Positions 1-8,826 of a stretch of 64,000 nucleotides of DNA are shown here, one piece after another (within the stretch, counting starts at the first letter, position 1; each line of letters opens with the position of its first letter). The position numbers were made by a program, and so were the translations under genes. Under the pieces are notes generated by a model, which made no database searches, had not been told where the DNA came from, and saw only the letters and a list, made by a program, of their open reading frames with translations. The DNA comes from Chryseosolibacter histidini (lineage in GTDB: Bacteria > Bacteroidota > Bacteroidia > Cytophagales > Cyclobacteriaceae), in contig NZ_JAHESF010000007.1 of assembly GCF_018598225.1 (NCBI RefSeq), forward strand, positions 68,554-132,553, given 5' to 3'.

Positions 1-3
1 ACC

Positions 4-1905
4 GTGAAGCAGGAAGACAAACCTAAAAAACAATACACCATTGCCCAGTTCATGGACATTGTTCAGCTCAGCGGAGGCGCCTTCTCGCCTGACGATTCGA
101 AGATCCTCGTCAGCACCAAAGAAACCGGTATCTTCAACGCCTTCGAGATCGACCTCAAATCGGGCGAAAAGAAACAGCTCACCACTTCCACTGACGATGC
201 CATTTTCGCCAGATCCTATTTTCCAGGTGATGATCGTGTGATCTATACGAGTGACAAGGGCGGTAATGAGATCACGCATATCTATGTGCGCAACAACAAT
301 GGCTCAACGGTAGACCTCATCCAGGACACCACAGCGAAAGCACAATACTACGGCTGGAGCCATGACAGAAAAAACCTTTATTACCTGTCGAACAGTCGTG
401 ACAAACGTTACTTCGATCTGCTCAGCGTGCGGGTGGAAGGTGCGCCGAAAGAAGGAAACGTGTACCCTTCTACCATGGTTTACCAGAATAACGAAGGGCT
501 CGATGTGGCGGCGATCTCTGACGATGGCCGCTACGTTGCGCTGACCAAAACCATTACCACCAATAACTCAGATATGTACCTGCTCGATACCCAGAGCAAA
601 AAGACAAAACACCTGTCGGCACACACCGGCAACGCGCAGTACGTGCCGCAATACTTCAGCCTGGATGGCAAAACACTCTACTGTCTTACGGATGAAGGCA
701 GCGAGTACATGTATCTGTCGGGTTATGATGTGGCCAGCGGAGAAAAGAAAAAAATAGAAGAAGCGCCGTGGGATCTGATGACTGCCTATCTCTCGCACAA
801 CGGCAAGTATCGCGTGGTGGCCATCAACAACGACGCACGCACCGAGATCAGGATCTATGACGAATCCAACGGCGGCCAGCAGGTGAAAGTGGATGGTTTG
901 CCCGACGGCGACATCACGGGTGTGAACATTTCCGACAGCGAGAAATGGATGTCGTTCTATGTCAGCAGCTCGAAATCGCCGGCCAACCTTTTCGTTTATA
1001 ATTTTGAAACGAAGGAGGTAAAGCAGCTGACCAATACAATGTCGGCCGACATTGACCAGAATGATCTTGTTGCAGGTGAAGTGATCCGTTACAAATCATT
1101 CGACGGCATGGAGATCCCTGCCCTGCTCTACAAGCCCAGGGGACTGAAAGCCGGAGAGAAAGTGCCGGCACTGCTCTTCATTCACGGAGGACCCGGCGGA
1201 CAAACCAGGCTGAACTACTCCCCGGTGATCCAGCACCTGGTGAATCACAACTATGTGATCCTGGCGGTGAATAACCGGGGAAGCTCCGGTTACGGAAAAA
1301 CTTTTTTTGCTGCCGACGATCGCAAGCACGGCGACGCAGACCTGAAGGATTGTGTGGAATCGAAAAAGTTCCTGGCTACACTGGATTACGTAGACATGAG
1401 CAAGGTGGGCATTATGGGCGGCAGCTACGGCGGATACATGGTAATGGCTGCATTGGCTTTTGCGCCTGAAGAATTCAACGTAGGTGTCAACATCTACGGC
1501 GTCACCAACTGGCTGCGCACCTTAAAAAGCATTCCGCCGTGGTGGACCTCATTCCGTGAAGCATTGTATGCCGAGCTTGGCGATCCTGCAAAAGATTCAG
1601 TAGCCCTGTATAACAAATCGCCGCTGTTCCATGCGAAGAAGATCACCAAACCCTTTATTGTGCTGCAGGGAAGCAACGACCCGCGCGTGCTCCAGGTTGA
1701 ATCGGATGAAATAGTAGCGGCAGCCAAAGCCAACGGTGTGCCTGTTGATTATATCGTATTTCCTGATGAGGGCCATGGATTCCTGAAAAAGGAAAACAAC
1801 ATCAAAGCCTCGAAAGCGATATTGAAATTCCTGGATATCCATCTGAAAGGTCTGCCGGAAGATCAGGCCGGAGAAAAACCAGCAACGGCAGCCAATCAGC
1901 CATAG
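4..1905 (+). CDS. S9 family serine peptidase (prolyl oligopeptidase / dipeptidyl-aminopeptidase type), possibly 5'-truncated by window edge
   Basis: 633 aa ORF. Nucleophile elbow GGSYGGYM, His motif PDEGHGF near the C-terminus, and an N-terminal beta-propeller-like region, all typical of the S9 family. The ORF starts at window position 4. Confidence 0.8.
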   Translation: MKQEDKPKKQYTIAQFMDIVQLSGGAFSPDDSKILVSTKETGIFNAFEIDLKSGEKKQLTTSTDDAIFARSYFPGDDRVIYTSDKGGNEITHIYVRNNNGSTVDLIQDTTAKAQYYGWSHDRKNLYYLSNSRDKRYFDLLSVRVEGAPKEGNVYPSTMVYQNNEGLDVAAISDDGRYVALTKTITTNNSDMYLLDTQSKKTKHLSAHTGNAQYVPQYFSLDGKTLYCLTDEGSEYMYLSGYDVASGEKKKIEEAPWDLMTAYLSHNGKYRVVAINNDARTEIRIYDESNGGQQVKVDGLPDGDITGVNISDSEKWMSFYVSSSKSPANLFVYNFETKEVKQLTNTMSADIDQNDLVAGEVIRYKSFDGMEIPALLYKPRGLKAGEKVPALLFIHGGPGGQTRLNYSPVIQHLVNHNYVILAVNNRGSSGYGKTFFAADDRKHGDADLKDCVESKKFLATLDYVDMSKVGIMGGSYGGYMVMAALAFAPEEFNVGVNIYGVTNWLRTLKSIPPWWTSFREALYAELGDPAKDSVALYNKSPLFHAKKITKPFIVLQGSNDPRVLQVESDEIVAAAKANGVPVDYIVFPDEGHGFLKKENNIKASKAILKFLDIHLKGLPEDQAGEKPATAANQP

Positions 1906-1924
1906 ATTTTTTAATCCAATTTAT

Positions 1925-1965
1925 AAGCTGTTTCAAGGTTAGTCCCTGAAACAGCTTTTTTGTTT
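1925..1965. terminator. Rho-independent terminator hairpin (agctgtttca...tgaaacagct) plus T-run between convergent genes
   Basis: 10-bp perfect inverted repeat followed by tttttgtttt. It lies directly after the S9 peptidase stop and before the 3' end of the minus-strand VOC/GNAT gene. Confidence 0.6.
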
Positions 1966-2018
1966 TATACCCGGCTTTGATTGAGGTCATTCCACCCAGG
2001 AGTGTGCGCATTGAATAG

Positions 2019-2852
2019 CTATCTCTTTTCACTGCGGATGATCTCCCGCACCATGCCAAATGCTGGCGTAAATCCAAACTGCTTGTAAAACGGAGCGAGA
2101 CTATCGGGCGTAATAAGCGTCACCAGTGCATTGTCAGGAGCGTTTGCTTCCAGCCAGCGTGTAAGCTCCTTCATTAATCCGGCACCTACCTGTTGATGCT
2201 GCCAGGCGGGATGCACCATAACGTCTTTTACATAGTAGAAGCTGACGTGATCGCCTAACAAGAGAGCACATCCTATTACCTCACCCGTATCCTTGTTCTC
2301 TGCCACCGCAGCGGTCACTACCGGCGCCAGCAGCAACGCAGCTTTTTCTTTGTCGGCATTGGCGATGTGGTACACCGCTGAAGCCAGGTGCCTATATTCA
2401 TTCGGGGTGGGGATCCTGTTAACAATTCTTACAACCTCCGGCAGGCCAGGCGCGCTTCGCTCTCGTTCCGAAACAGGAGCACCGGCGAAATGGACATAAT
2501 AGCCATTAATGTCACGAACGGTATATTGGGCAAGACCCCATGGCTTGTTCTCTAATGGGGCAACGATCTCCGCGCGCTTCTGCTGATGAAGCTTGTAAAG
2601 GTGCTCCACATACCGCACACGGGTAAACACTGAATGTCCTGCTGACACTGAGGCGAGCTCGCTGTTCAACGTGAATTGTACCGACGTTCCGTGCCATGAA
2701 ACACTTCCATGGGTTGGCGGGGTGCCCCAGGTCCATTTTTCAGGAAAACCCAATACCTCATGCCAATATGAAACTGTCTCGACTATATCGCGCACGGCAA
2801 GAACAGGCTCGATCTGCAATACGGAAGGTTGAATGTCATTGCGTTCTATCAT
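2019..2852 (-). CDS. Fusion protein: N-terminal VOC/glyoxalase-bleomycin-resistance fold plus C-terminal GNAT N-acetyltransferase
   Basis: 277 aa. N-terminal half is glyoxalase/VOC-like (VLAVRDIVETVSYWHEVLGF...YYVHFA). C-terminal half has GNAT motifs (VIGCALLLGDHVSFYYVKDVMVHPAWQHQQVGAGLM...FYKQFGF). Confidence 0.7.
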   Translation of the reverse strand: MIERNDIQPSVLQIEPVLAVRDIVETVSYWHEVLGFPEKWTWGTPPTHGSVSWHGTSVQFTLNSELASVSAGHSVFTRVRYVEHLYKLHQQKRAEIVAPLENKPWGLAQYTVRDINGYYVHFAGAPVSERERSAPGLPEVVRIVNRIPTPNEYRHLASAVYHIANADKEKAALLLAPVVTAAVAENKDTGEVIGCALLLGDHVSFYYVKDVMVHPAWQHQQVGAGLMKELTRWLEANAPDNALVTLITPDSLAPFYKQFGFTPAFGMVREIIRSEKR

Positions 2853-2963
2853 AATGAAAGTTTGACATTTTAAGTTTAAAATTAAAGTCGCAACAATTGA
2901 AATTTTGTCAGTCCTGATATTTCTTCGTTACCTGATCCTGCCATTTTTTTCGTTGCTTCTGAC

Positions 2964-3302
2964 ATGGAGTTTCTTTTGATAAGCGATCTCCGAACCCAAC
3001 GGCATATACTTATGAATTCTACTGTAGAGGAAAAGGATCACCTTAACGGTACACTTGAATTGATAGGAAAAAAACTTTTAGACCTTAGAAAAAAGAAGGG
3101 ATATTCGAGCCATGCCGAGTTCGCTTCCGATTTTGGACTGCCCCGCATCCAATACTGGCGAATGGAAAAAGGCAAAGCGAACGTTACGCTGAAATCGCTG
3201 GGCAAGGTGCTTCACATCCATGGGCTTACCCTGGAGGAATTTTTCATGCAGATCAGGAAGGAAAGAAAAAAAGAAACCCGCATGGAACCCGGGCGGAATT
3301 AA
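2964..3302 (+). CDS. XRE-family helix-turn-helix transcriptional regulator (alternative start at 3012)
   Basis: ELIGKKLLDLRKKKGYSSHAEFASDFGLPRIQYWRMEKGKANVTLKSLGKVLHIHGLTLEEFF is a classic Cro/C1-type HTH. Confidence 0.65.
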   Translation: MEFLLISDLRTQRHILMNSTVEEKDHLNGTLELIGKKLLDLRKKKGYSSHAEFASDFGLPRIQYWRMEKGKANVTLKSLGKVLHIHGLTLEEFFMQIRKERKKETRMEPGRN

Positions 3303-3312
3303 ACCCGCGGGA

Positions 3313-4296
3313 TCATTTCACCAGGGCCGGCTGATCTGCGGCACGGAACGTCTCCGGAAGGATCTTGTTGATGATGATGTCCTGGAGAAGCTTCGGCTGT
3401 GAAGAGGGCACCGAGTGCGCGGTATGCTCGAACCAGAACAACTGTTTTTTTGGCGCCGTAAGTTTTGTATAATATTGCTCCGTGATCCCGAAGTTTGTCT
3501 GGTAGTCATCACGGCCCGTGAGCAGGTAAAGGGGGCAGCTCAACGCCGGCGCAACTTCAAGGAGGTTGATGGCAGAGGCTTCATTCCATACCGCCAGCCA
3601 CCGCTCTGCCCACCACAGCACGTAACTTCTCGGCAGTTTTTCATCCACATTCTTAACACCATTGAAATAGTACATGAGCCACCGGCGATGGTAGTAGATC
3701 TCATCACCGTTCTGAAAAGGAATGGTGACCTTCGACAGCTGCGTGATCGCCTCCTCGTTTTTTTCCTTGAGCGCTTTCTCCTTCATTAAGCCGAGCACGA
3801 TACGTTCACTTTCGAGCTGGTTGATCACCGGGCTGATCGCAATACTGGCATACAAAAGATCAGGATAATACCGGGCCATGGAAAAACACAAGACCGTACC
3901 CCATGAATGGCCGGCCAGGTAAAGTTTTGTCTGGCTAAATCTTTTCAACAGCAGCTGCATCAGCTCATACGTATCCTGCTCGAACAACGCCAGTGTCAGT
4001 GGTACCGGTGACGCATTCAATTCAAGTGTTTTTCCCGTTTCGCGCTGATCCCAATGAACCACAACAAAGTGCTCTTCGAGCGCTGCAGAGAATTTATGCG
4101 CATAGGACAATACTGATCCGCCAGGGCCACCGTGCAGGAAGAGCAGCACAGGCTTCGACCGGTCTTTTCCCTTTATGGTGATAAACTGTTTTATTCCACC
4201 AATGGTAACAACTTCAGCCGTGTCCAGCGCTTGCCGGGCAGTAGCCATGGTGAATACGGAAAGAAAAACGAAACAAAATAAACCGGTTCTCATCAT
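3313..4296 (-). CDS. Secreted alpha/beta hydrolase, proline iminopeptidase-like (S33)
   Basis: 327 aa with signal peptide. HGGPGGS oxyanion region and a GHSWG nucleophile elbow. Confidence 0.7.
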   Translation of the reverse strand: MMRTGLFCFVFLSVFTMATARQALDTAEVVTIGGIKQFITIKGKDRSKPVLLFLHGGPGGSVLSYAHKFSAALEEHFVVVHWDQRETGKTLELNASPVPLTLALFEQDTYELMQLLLKRFSQTKLYLAGHSWGTVLCFSMARYYPDLLYASIAISPVINQLESERIVLGLMKEKALKEKNEEAITQLSKVTIPFQNGDEIYYHRRWLMYYFNGVKNVDEKLPRSYVLWWAERWLAVWNEASAINLLEVAPALSCPLYLLTGRDDYQTNFGITEQYYTKLTAPKKQLFWFEHTAHSVPSSQPKLLQDIIINKILPETFRAADQPALVK

Positions 4297-4378
4297 CGGG
4301 GACTTCGGGTGTGTTCAAAGATACCTTAAACTGGCATTTTGTTTGCACTTTTTATGCCAGTATCAAACCTCTCGTTCT

Positions 4379-4654
4379 ATGAAAACATTTTACGCACTGA
4401 TCATGCTTTGTGCATTTTCGTCCTGCCTGCAGGAAGAGCTTTCCCCTGAGAACTATGATTTTCGCGGAAGCTGGGATTCGCGGAAGTATGCCATCCAGAT
4501 CTTTGCCAACGGCTCCGGTATGTGTGACATTAAAAATCGCGGCCGGTGTTCAGGCAACGTAAGGATCAAGGGTAACAAAATGATCTTCACCAGCGAGAAC
4601 GAGAACGATGCCGTGGCCCTCATCCCTGACCCTTCTCCCGGGGGAGAAGGGTAA
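4379..4654 (+). CDS. Small hypothetical lipoprotein
   Basis: MKTFYALIMLCAFSSC lipobox-type signal. 91 aa, no recognisable domain. Confidence 0.4.
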   Translation: MKTFYALIMLCAFSSCLQEELSPENYDFRGSWDSRKYAIQIFANGSGMCDIKNRGRCSGNVRIKGNKMIFTSENENDAVALIPDPSPGGEG

Positions 4655-4672
4655 AAAGCCACATTTTCTTTT

Positions 4673-5440
4673 ATGGAATTTGGGGAGTTTGCTGCATCTT
4701 GTCTTAAATGCCAAGCCATGAAAAACCTATCCCTATCCATCCCCAAACCGTGTTCTGAAAAATGGGAGAACTTTTCTTCCACAACAAACGGTGCGCTTTG
4801 CGGCTCATGCAACAAAGTAGTAGTTGATTTCACCAGCATGAGTGATGAGGCCCTGATCGATTTCTTCAGTAAAACAAAAGGCCACACCTGCGGACGATTC
4901 CGGCCTGATCAGTTAACAACTTACACTCCAAGCGTACGGGTAAAAGTAAATCCTGGGGTAACATTACTCAAGGCCGGCCTTCTCAGCCTGCTGCTGGTGC
5001 TCACCAGCAAACAAGCCTCGGCCCAAAACAAAAAACCCAAATCAACAACGGAAGCTGTTGAAAAACGAGGCCGCCGCGCTGTTCCCGAAAGTACTGCCAT
5101 TCAAACAGAAAAGATCCTCAAAGGTGTTGTGCTGGACGAAGCGAATAAACCGATGCCAGGTGTTAACGTTGTATTGAAAGGTTCTACGACAAGGATATAC
5201 ACGGATGTCGATGGCAGGTTCGAGCTTTCGCAAAAGGTTAAGGAGGGGGATGTCATCTACCTTTATTTTATCGGATATACATCAAAGGAGTACGTGGTGT
5301 CAAAGGAAGCTGGCAGCGACCTGGTGATCCGGATGGCATGCGATATAATGACATTGGGTGAGGTCGCCGTGGATGCAGTTTACGCCCCCGATCAATCCGG
5401 TGCACGCAGATTGTGGTCGAAGGTGAAGAACCTGTTCTGA
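4673..5440 (+). CDS. Hypothetical protein with carboxypeptidase-regulatory-like (CarboxypepD_reg) beta-sandwich domain (alternative start 4718)
   Basis: ILKGVVLDEANKPMPGVNVVLKGSTTRIYTDVDGRFEL matches the CarboxypepD_reg fold seen at N-termini of TonB-dependent receptors. Central hydrophobic segment. Stop overlaps the start of the next gene. Confidence 0.5.
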   Translation: MEFGEFAASCLKCQAMKNLSLSIPKPCSEKWENFSSTTNGALCGSCNKVVVDFTSMSDEALIDFFSKTKGHTCGRFRPDQLTTYTPSVRVKVNPGVTLLKAGLLSLLLVLTSKQASAQNKKPKSTTEAVEKRGRRAVPESTAIQTEKILKGVVLDEANKPMPGVNVVLKGSTTRIYTDVDGRFELSQKVKEGDVIYLYFIGYTSKEYVVSKEAGSDLVIRMACDIMTLGEVAVDAVYAPDQSGARRLWSKVKNLF

Positions 5441-5442
5441 CC

Positions 5443-6471
5443 ATGCGCATCGATCTGATGAGCGCCGCGCTCGCATGCTGCCTCGCATTCTTTTATATCA
5501 CCAATCTCAGGGCACAAACAGCGGATTTTGCCGGCATTGATTTCACAAAAGCCGATAGCATTGCACAGTTGTACCCAGGGCACTCGTTACAGGACCTCAA
5601 TCTGCTTTCAGACAAGTTAACCAGGTCTCTTACTACGGAAGAAGAAAAGTTCAGGGCCATCTATAAATGGGTGTGCCTCAATATTGATAATGACTACCGG
5701 CTTTTTAAGAAGAACCAGCATAAAAGAAAAAAGCTTCGGAACGATCCTGATGAGTTAAGAAAATGGAATCAAAAGGTCAGTGGAGAAGTATTTCGAACGC
5801 TGGTGAGCAAACACAGGACCGTGTGCACCGGGTATGCCTACCTCATTAAAGCGCTGGCTGATTTCGCGGGACTTCCATGTGAAGTTATCCATGGCTACGG
5901 CCGCACTGCCCAGTCAAATATCGGAGGTGAAGGAATTGCCAATCATTCCTGGAACGCCATTCGACTTCATAATAACTGGTACTTATGCGATGCCACCTGG
6001 TCGAGCGGAGCGATAGACACTGAAAAAGGAATGTTTGTCAGAGCTTACAACAACTCCTATTTTTTACCGGATCCGGCATTATTTATCCGCAATCATTATC
6101 CAGCTGACACAGCCTGGACCCTGCTGGCTGTGAAGCCTACACTCGGAGAATTTTTAAATCGCCCACTGATCTACAGCAGCATCTTCCAGTACAAGATCGA
6201 TCAGTTATACCCAGAGACATTTACCATCACCGCCTCCAAAGGCGAAACAGTTTCCTTTCAATTCACAAAGAACAGCACCGATCAGATCCAAAAGGTGCAG
6301 CTGATCATAAACGGATCAGGCCCGTATTCGGTCTATCCACCATTTCAGCAGACAGAAGAAGGGCTTCACCGCATCGATCATGTGTTCACTTCGAAAGGGA
6401 CTTACATCGTGCATATTCTTTTAGACAACAAATACGCGTTTACCTATACAGTGGTGATCAACTCCCCCTAG
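5443..6471 (+). CDS. Transglutaminase-like cysteine protease superfamily protein, secreted
   Basis: Signal peptide. Catalytic-core-like CTGYAYLIKALADFAGLPCEVIHGY ... HSWNAIRLHNNWYLCDATW (Cys-His-Asp arrangement typical of the transglutaminase-like family). Confidence 0.65.
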   Translation: MRIDLMSAALACCLAFFYITNLRAQTADFAGIDFTKADSIAQLYPGHSLQDLNLLSDKLTRSLTTEEEKFRAIYKWVCLNIDNDYRLFKKNQHKRKKLRNDPDELRKWNQKVSGEVFRTLVSKHRTVCTGYAYLIKALADFAGLPCEVIHGYGRTAQSNIGGEGIANHSWNAIRLHNNWYLCDATWSSGAIDTEKGMFVRAYNNSYFLPDPALFIRNHYPADTAWTLLAVKPTLGEFLNRPLIYSSIFQYKIDQLYPETFTITASKGETVSFQFTKNSTDQIQKVQLIINGSGPYSVYPPFQQTEEGLHRIDHVFTSKGTYIVHILLDNKYAFTYTVVINSP

Positions 6472-6498
6472 CCCTCTACTGCGTAGAGTGGGTTGGAA

Positions 6499-6987
6499 TT
6501 ACACAAGGTGTTTCAGCGAAAGAATGCAGCCGCTGTGATAACCGTCATGGTATAACAAGTAATCGATAGCTTCGTCGATGTTGTTAACCTCGAAGCCATA
6601 GACCTTGGGAATCATCAGGGAAGGAGTGTAATTCACGAATATTTGGTTAGCGAGATCTGACTCCAGCTTGTCAAGTGACGTGATCAGCAGCGCTTTGATA
6701 CGCTCGATCTCGGACTGATCGATTGGACGTTCCGGTTTGGTGCCCGGCAGGTAAGGCGACAGGAAATTGTTATCAATGGTGGGAGGCAACCCGGCCCTGA
6801 CATAACACATGGTTTGTTCCGCAGAAAGCATATTTCCGAGATTCCAGATGATGTTATTGTTGAATCCGCTTGGAATGTGGTTGAGCTGTACGGGATCAAG
6901 ATCCTCGATCTGCTTCAGCAGGAAACGCCTGAAGCCCTTCATCTTCCCGATTTTTTTACGCGTCATGTTTATCTCCATTGTTCTCAA
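6499..6987 (-). CDS. DinB/YfiT-like (DinB_2) metal-dependent hydrolase family protein
   Basis: 162 aa with a four-helix-bundle-like sequence and a C-terminal YHDGYHSG His-rich motif characteristic of the DinB_2 family. Confidence 0.55.
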   Translation of the reverse strand: MRTMEINMTRKKIGKMKGFRRFLLKQIEDLDPVQLNHIPSGFNNNIIWNLGNMLSAEQTMCYVRAGLPPTIDNNFLSPYLPGTKPERPIDQSEIERIKALLITSLDKLESDLANQIFVNYTPSLMIPKVYGFEVNNIDEAIDYLLYHDGYHSGCILSLKHLV

Positions 6988-7203
6988 TTTTCCATTTCCG
7001 GTGGAAGTGATACCAGGTACGAATTACGAGGTACGAAGTACGGTCTACCAGGAACGAAAATACGATGTATTTCACGTACCTCGTTCCCGATCGCTATCGG
7101 GATCTGACCTCGTACCTTTTTAACGGTAGTCAACATTTGCCACCCGTCAAACGACACCTTTCCGATCGAAAAATAAGATCATTATTTCATAAATTTATAG
7201 GTC

Positions 7204-8235
7204 ATGAGAATACCGCTTGAGATCCTGTTGCTGACCAGTGGAGCCGGTGCGCTGCAGAGTGCCTTCTTCGGCCTGTATCTTTTTTCCATGCGCAAGGGAA
7301 GGAACCTTGCCAACGTGCTGCTGGCATTGCTGCTGCTTGCTTTTGCTGTGCGGATGATCAAATCCGTGGTCTACTATTTCTCGGCGGGGCACCAGGTCTC
7401 CACCATCCTGATGAATTTAGGTTTCGGTACCAACCTGGCCATTTTTCCGCTGCTGCTGCTCTACCTGAACTCATTCTTTGACAAGAACTATCAGCTCACC
7501 TGGCAACGGGATGCGCTTCACCTGCTACCGGCCATTCTCGTAATCCTGCTGAGCCCCGTGCTTACCTCCTACTTCTGGATGCAACAGCATGGCTATGCGA
7601 TCTCTCTGTGGTCGGCAGCGCTGTACCTGCCATTTTGCCTCCAGGCGATCTTCAAAAATTTCCGGAAGGCCTCCCGCACGCAGCGCGTTTGGGTGCTGAG
7701 CCTTACCGCGGGTGTGACCCTGGTATGGGGTGCCTACATGGCCAATTTTATTTTCGGACTGGTCTCCTACATCGCTGCACCGGTGGCGTTCTCTTTCCTG
7801 ATCTATTTTCTCAGTTACCTGGCCCTGCGGAAGAACGAGATCTTTATGCCACGGGAGCGCTACCAGAACTCGGCTTATAGCGAAGCGCAGGTCAGTCAAT
7901 GTTTTGAAGCACTGCAGGCGCTGCTGCTTTCACGCCAATCCTATAAAGATGCCGGCCTTACCCTGCCCAAGCTGGCCAGCCTGTTGAATGTCTCCCCCAA
8001 CCTGCTTTCCGAAACCATCAACCGGCGCACACAACAAACTTTCCCCGATTACATCAACAGCTTCCGCATCCGGGAGGCGCAGCGGCTGCTGAAAGACCCT
8101 GCCTACAGTCACCAGAAGATCACGGCCATAGCCTTCGAAACAGGGTTTAACAGCGTTTCGGTATTCAACGCCGCCTTCAGAAAGTACACAAACACAACGC
8201 CATCGGCTTACCGGAAACACGCACCGGGTATGTAA
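7204..8235 (+). CDS. AraC-family transcriptional regulator with N-terminal multi-pass membrane domain
   Basis: About 220 aa of hydrophobic helices, followed by an AraC HTH (SFRIREAQRLLKDPAYSHQKITAIAFETGFNSVSVFNAAFRKYTNTTPSAYRK). Confidence 0.75.
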   Translation: MRIPLEILLLTSGAGALQSAFFGLYLFSMRKGRNLANVLLALLLLAFAVRMIKSVVYYFSAGHQVSTILMNLGFGTNLAIFPLLLLYLNSFFDKNYQLTWQRDALHLLPAILVILLSPVLTSYFWMQQHGYAISLWSAALYLPFCLQAIFKNFRKASRTQRVWVLSLTAGVTLVWGAYMANFIFGLVSYIAAPVAFSFLIYFLSYLALRKNEIFMPRERYQNSAYSEAQVSQCFEALQALLLSRQSYKDAGLTLPKLASLLNVSPNLLSETINRRTQQTFPDYINSFRIREAQRLLKDPAYSHQKITAIAFETGFNSVSVFNAAFRKYTNTTPSAYRKHAPGM

Positions 8236-8354
8236 TCGCCATTTTCATTCCCGGTTTTATAAATCCGTCAGACTACACTACACAATGGGTGGCCTGCGCC
8301 CTGCCCGCATGCGTTATTGCCTGAACACAAAAACATTTACCGGCAATACTGATT

Positions 8355-8822
8355 ATGGCAAAATATACCGTCAATGTTAACCGCAGGCGCTACGAGGTTG
8401 AAGCCGAACCCGATGTACCGCTTTTATGGATCCTCCGGGATTACCTGGGATTAAAAGGCACAAAATTCGGCTGTGGCATCGCTGCCTGTGGCGCCTGTAC
8501 CATCCACCTGAACGGAAATCCCGTAAGGTCGTGCCAGCTGCGCATTTCCGCGATCCCGAAAAATTCAGAGATCACCACCATAGAAGGCGTTGGCGCAACG
8601 GTTCTGCATCCTGTTCAACAGGCATGGATCGAGCTGCAGGTGCCTCAATGTGGATATTGCCAGTCGGGGCAGATCATGTCTGCCGTTGCGCTTCTGGAAA
8701 AAACGCCTGATCCCACAGACAAGGATATCGATTCGGCACTGGCGGGCAATCTTTGCCGGTGTGGCACTTATGACAGGATCAGAAAGGCCATCCACCTGGC
8801 GGCCGGTGAACTCAAAAACTAA
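8355..8822 (+). CDS. (2Fe-2S)-binding small subunit of xanthine-dehydrogenase-family molybdenum hydroxylase (IorA/aldehyde oxidoreductase type)
   Basis: [15 protein letters not shown] plant-ferredoxin-type cluster motif plus a second [11 protein letters not shown]...CRCGTYDRI cluster motif. Confidence 0.85.
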   Translation: MAKYTVNVNRRRYEVEAEPDVPLLWILRDYLGLKGTKFGCGIAACGACTIHLNGNPVRSCQLRISAIPKNSEITTIEGVGATVLHPVQQAWIELQVPQCGYCQSGQIMSAVALLEKTPDPTDKDIDSALAGNLCRCGTYDRIRKAIHLAAGELKN

Positions 8823-8826
8823 TCGT

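Noticed and set aside
568-2077. Multiple 60-90 aa ORFs antisense or out-of-frame within the S9 peptidase gene
   Set aside because: Nested in a long CDS with clear family motifs. Typical spurious ORFs.
8590-8826. Extending the molybdopterin subunit CDS to the upstream in-frame start at 8590
   Set aside because: That reading overlaps the 2Fe-2S subunit gene in another frame. The Tat signal peptide begins right after the ATG at 8827, which sits directly after the small-subunit stop.
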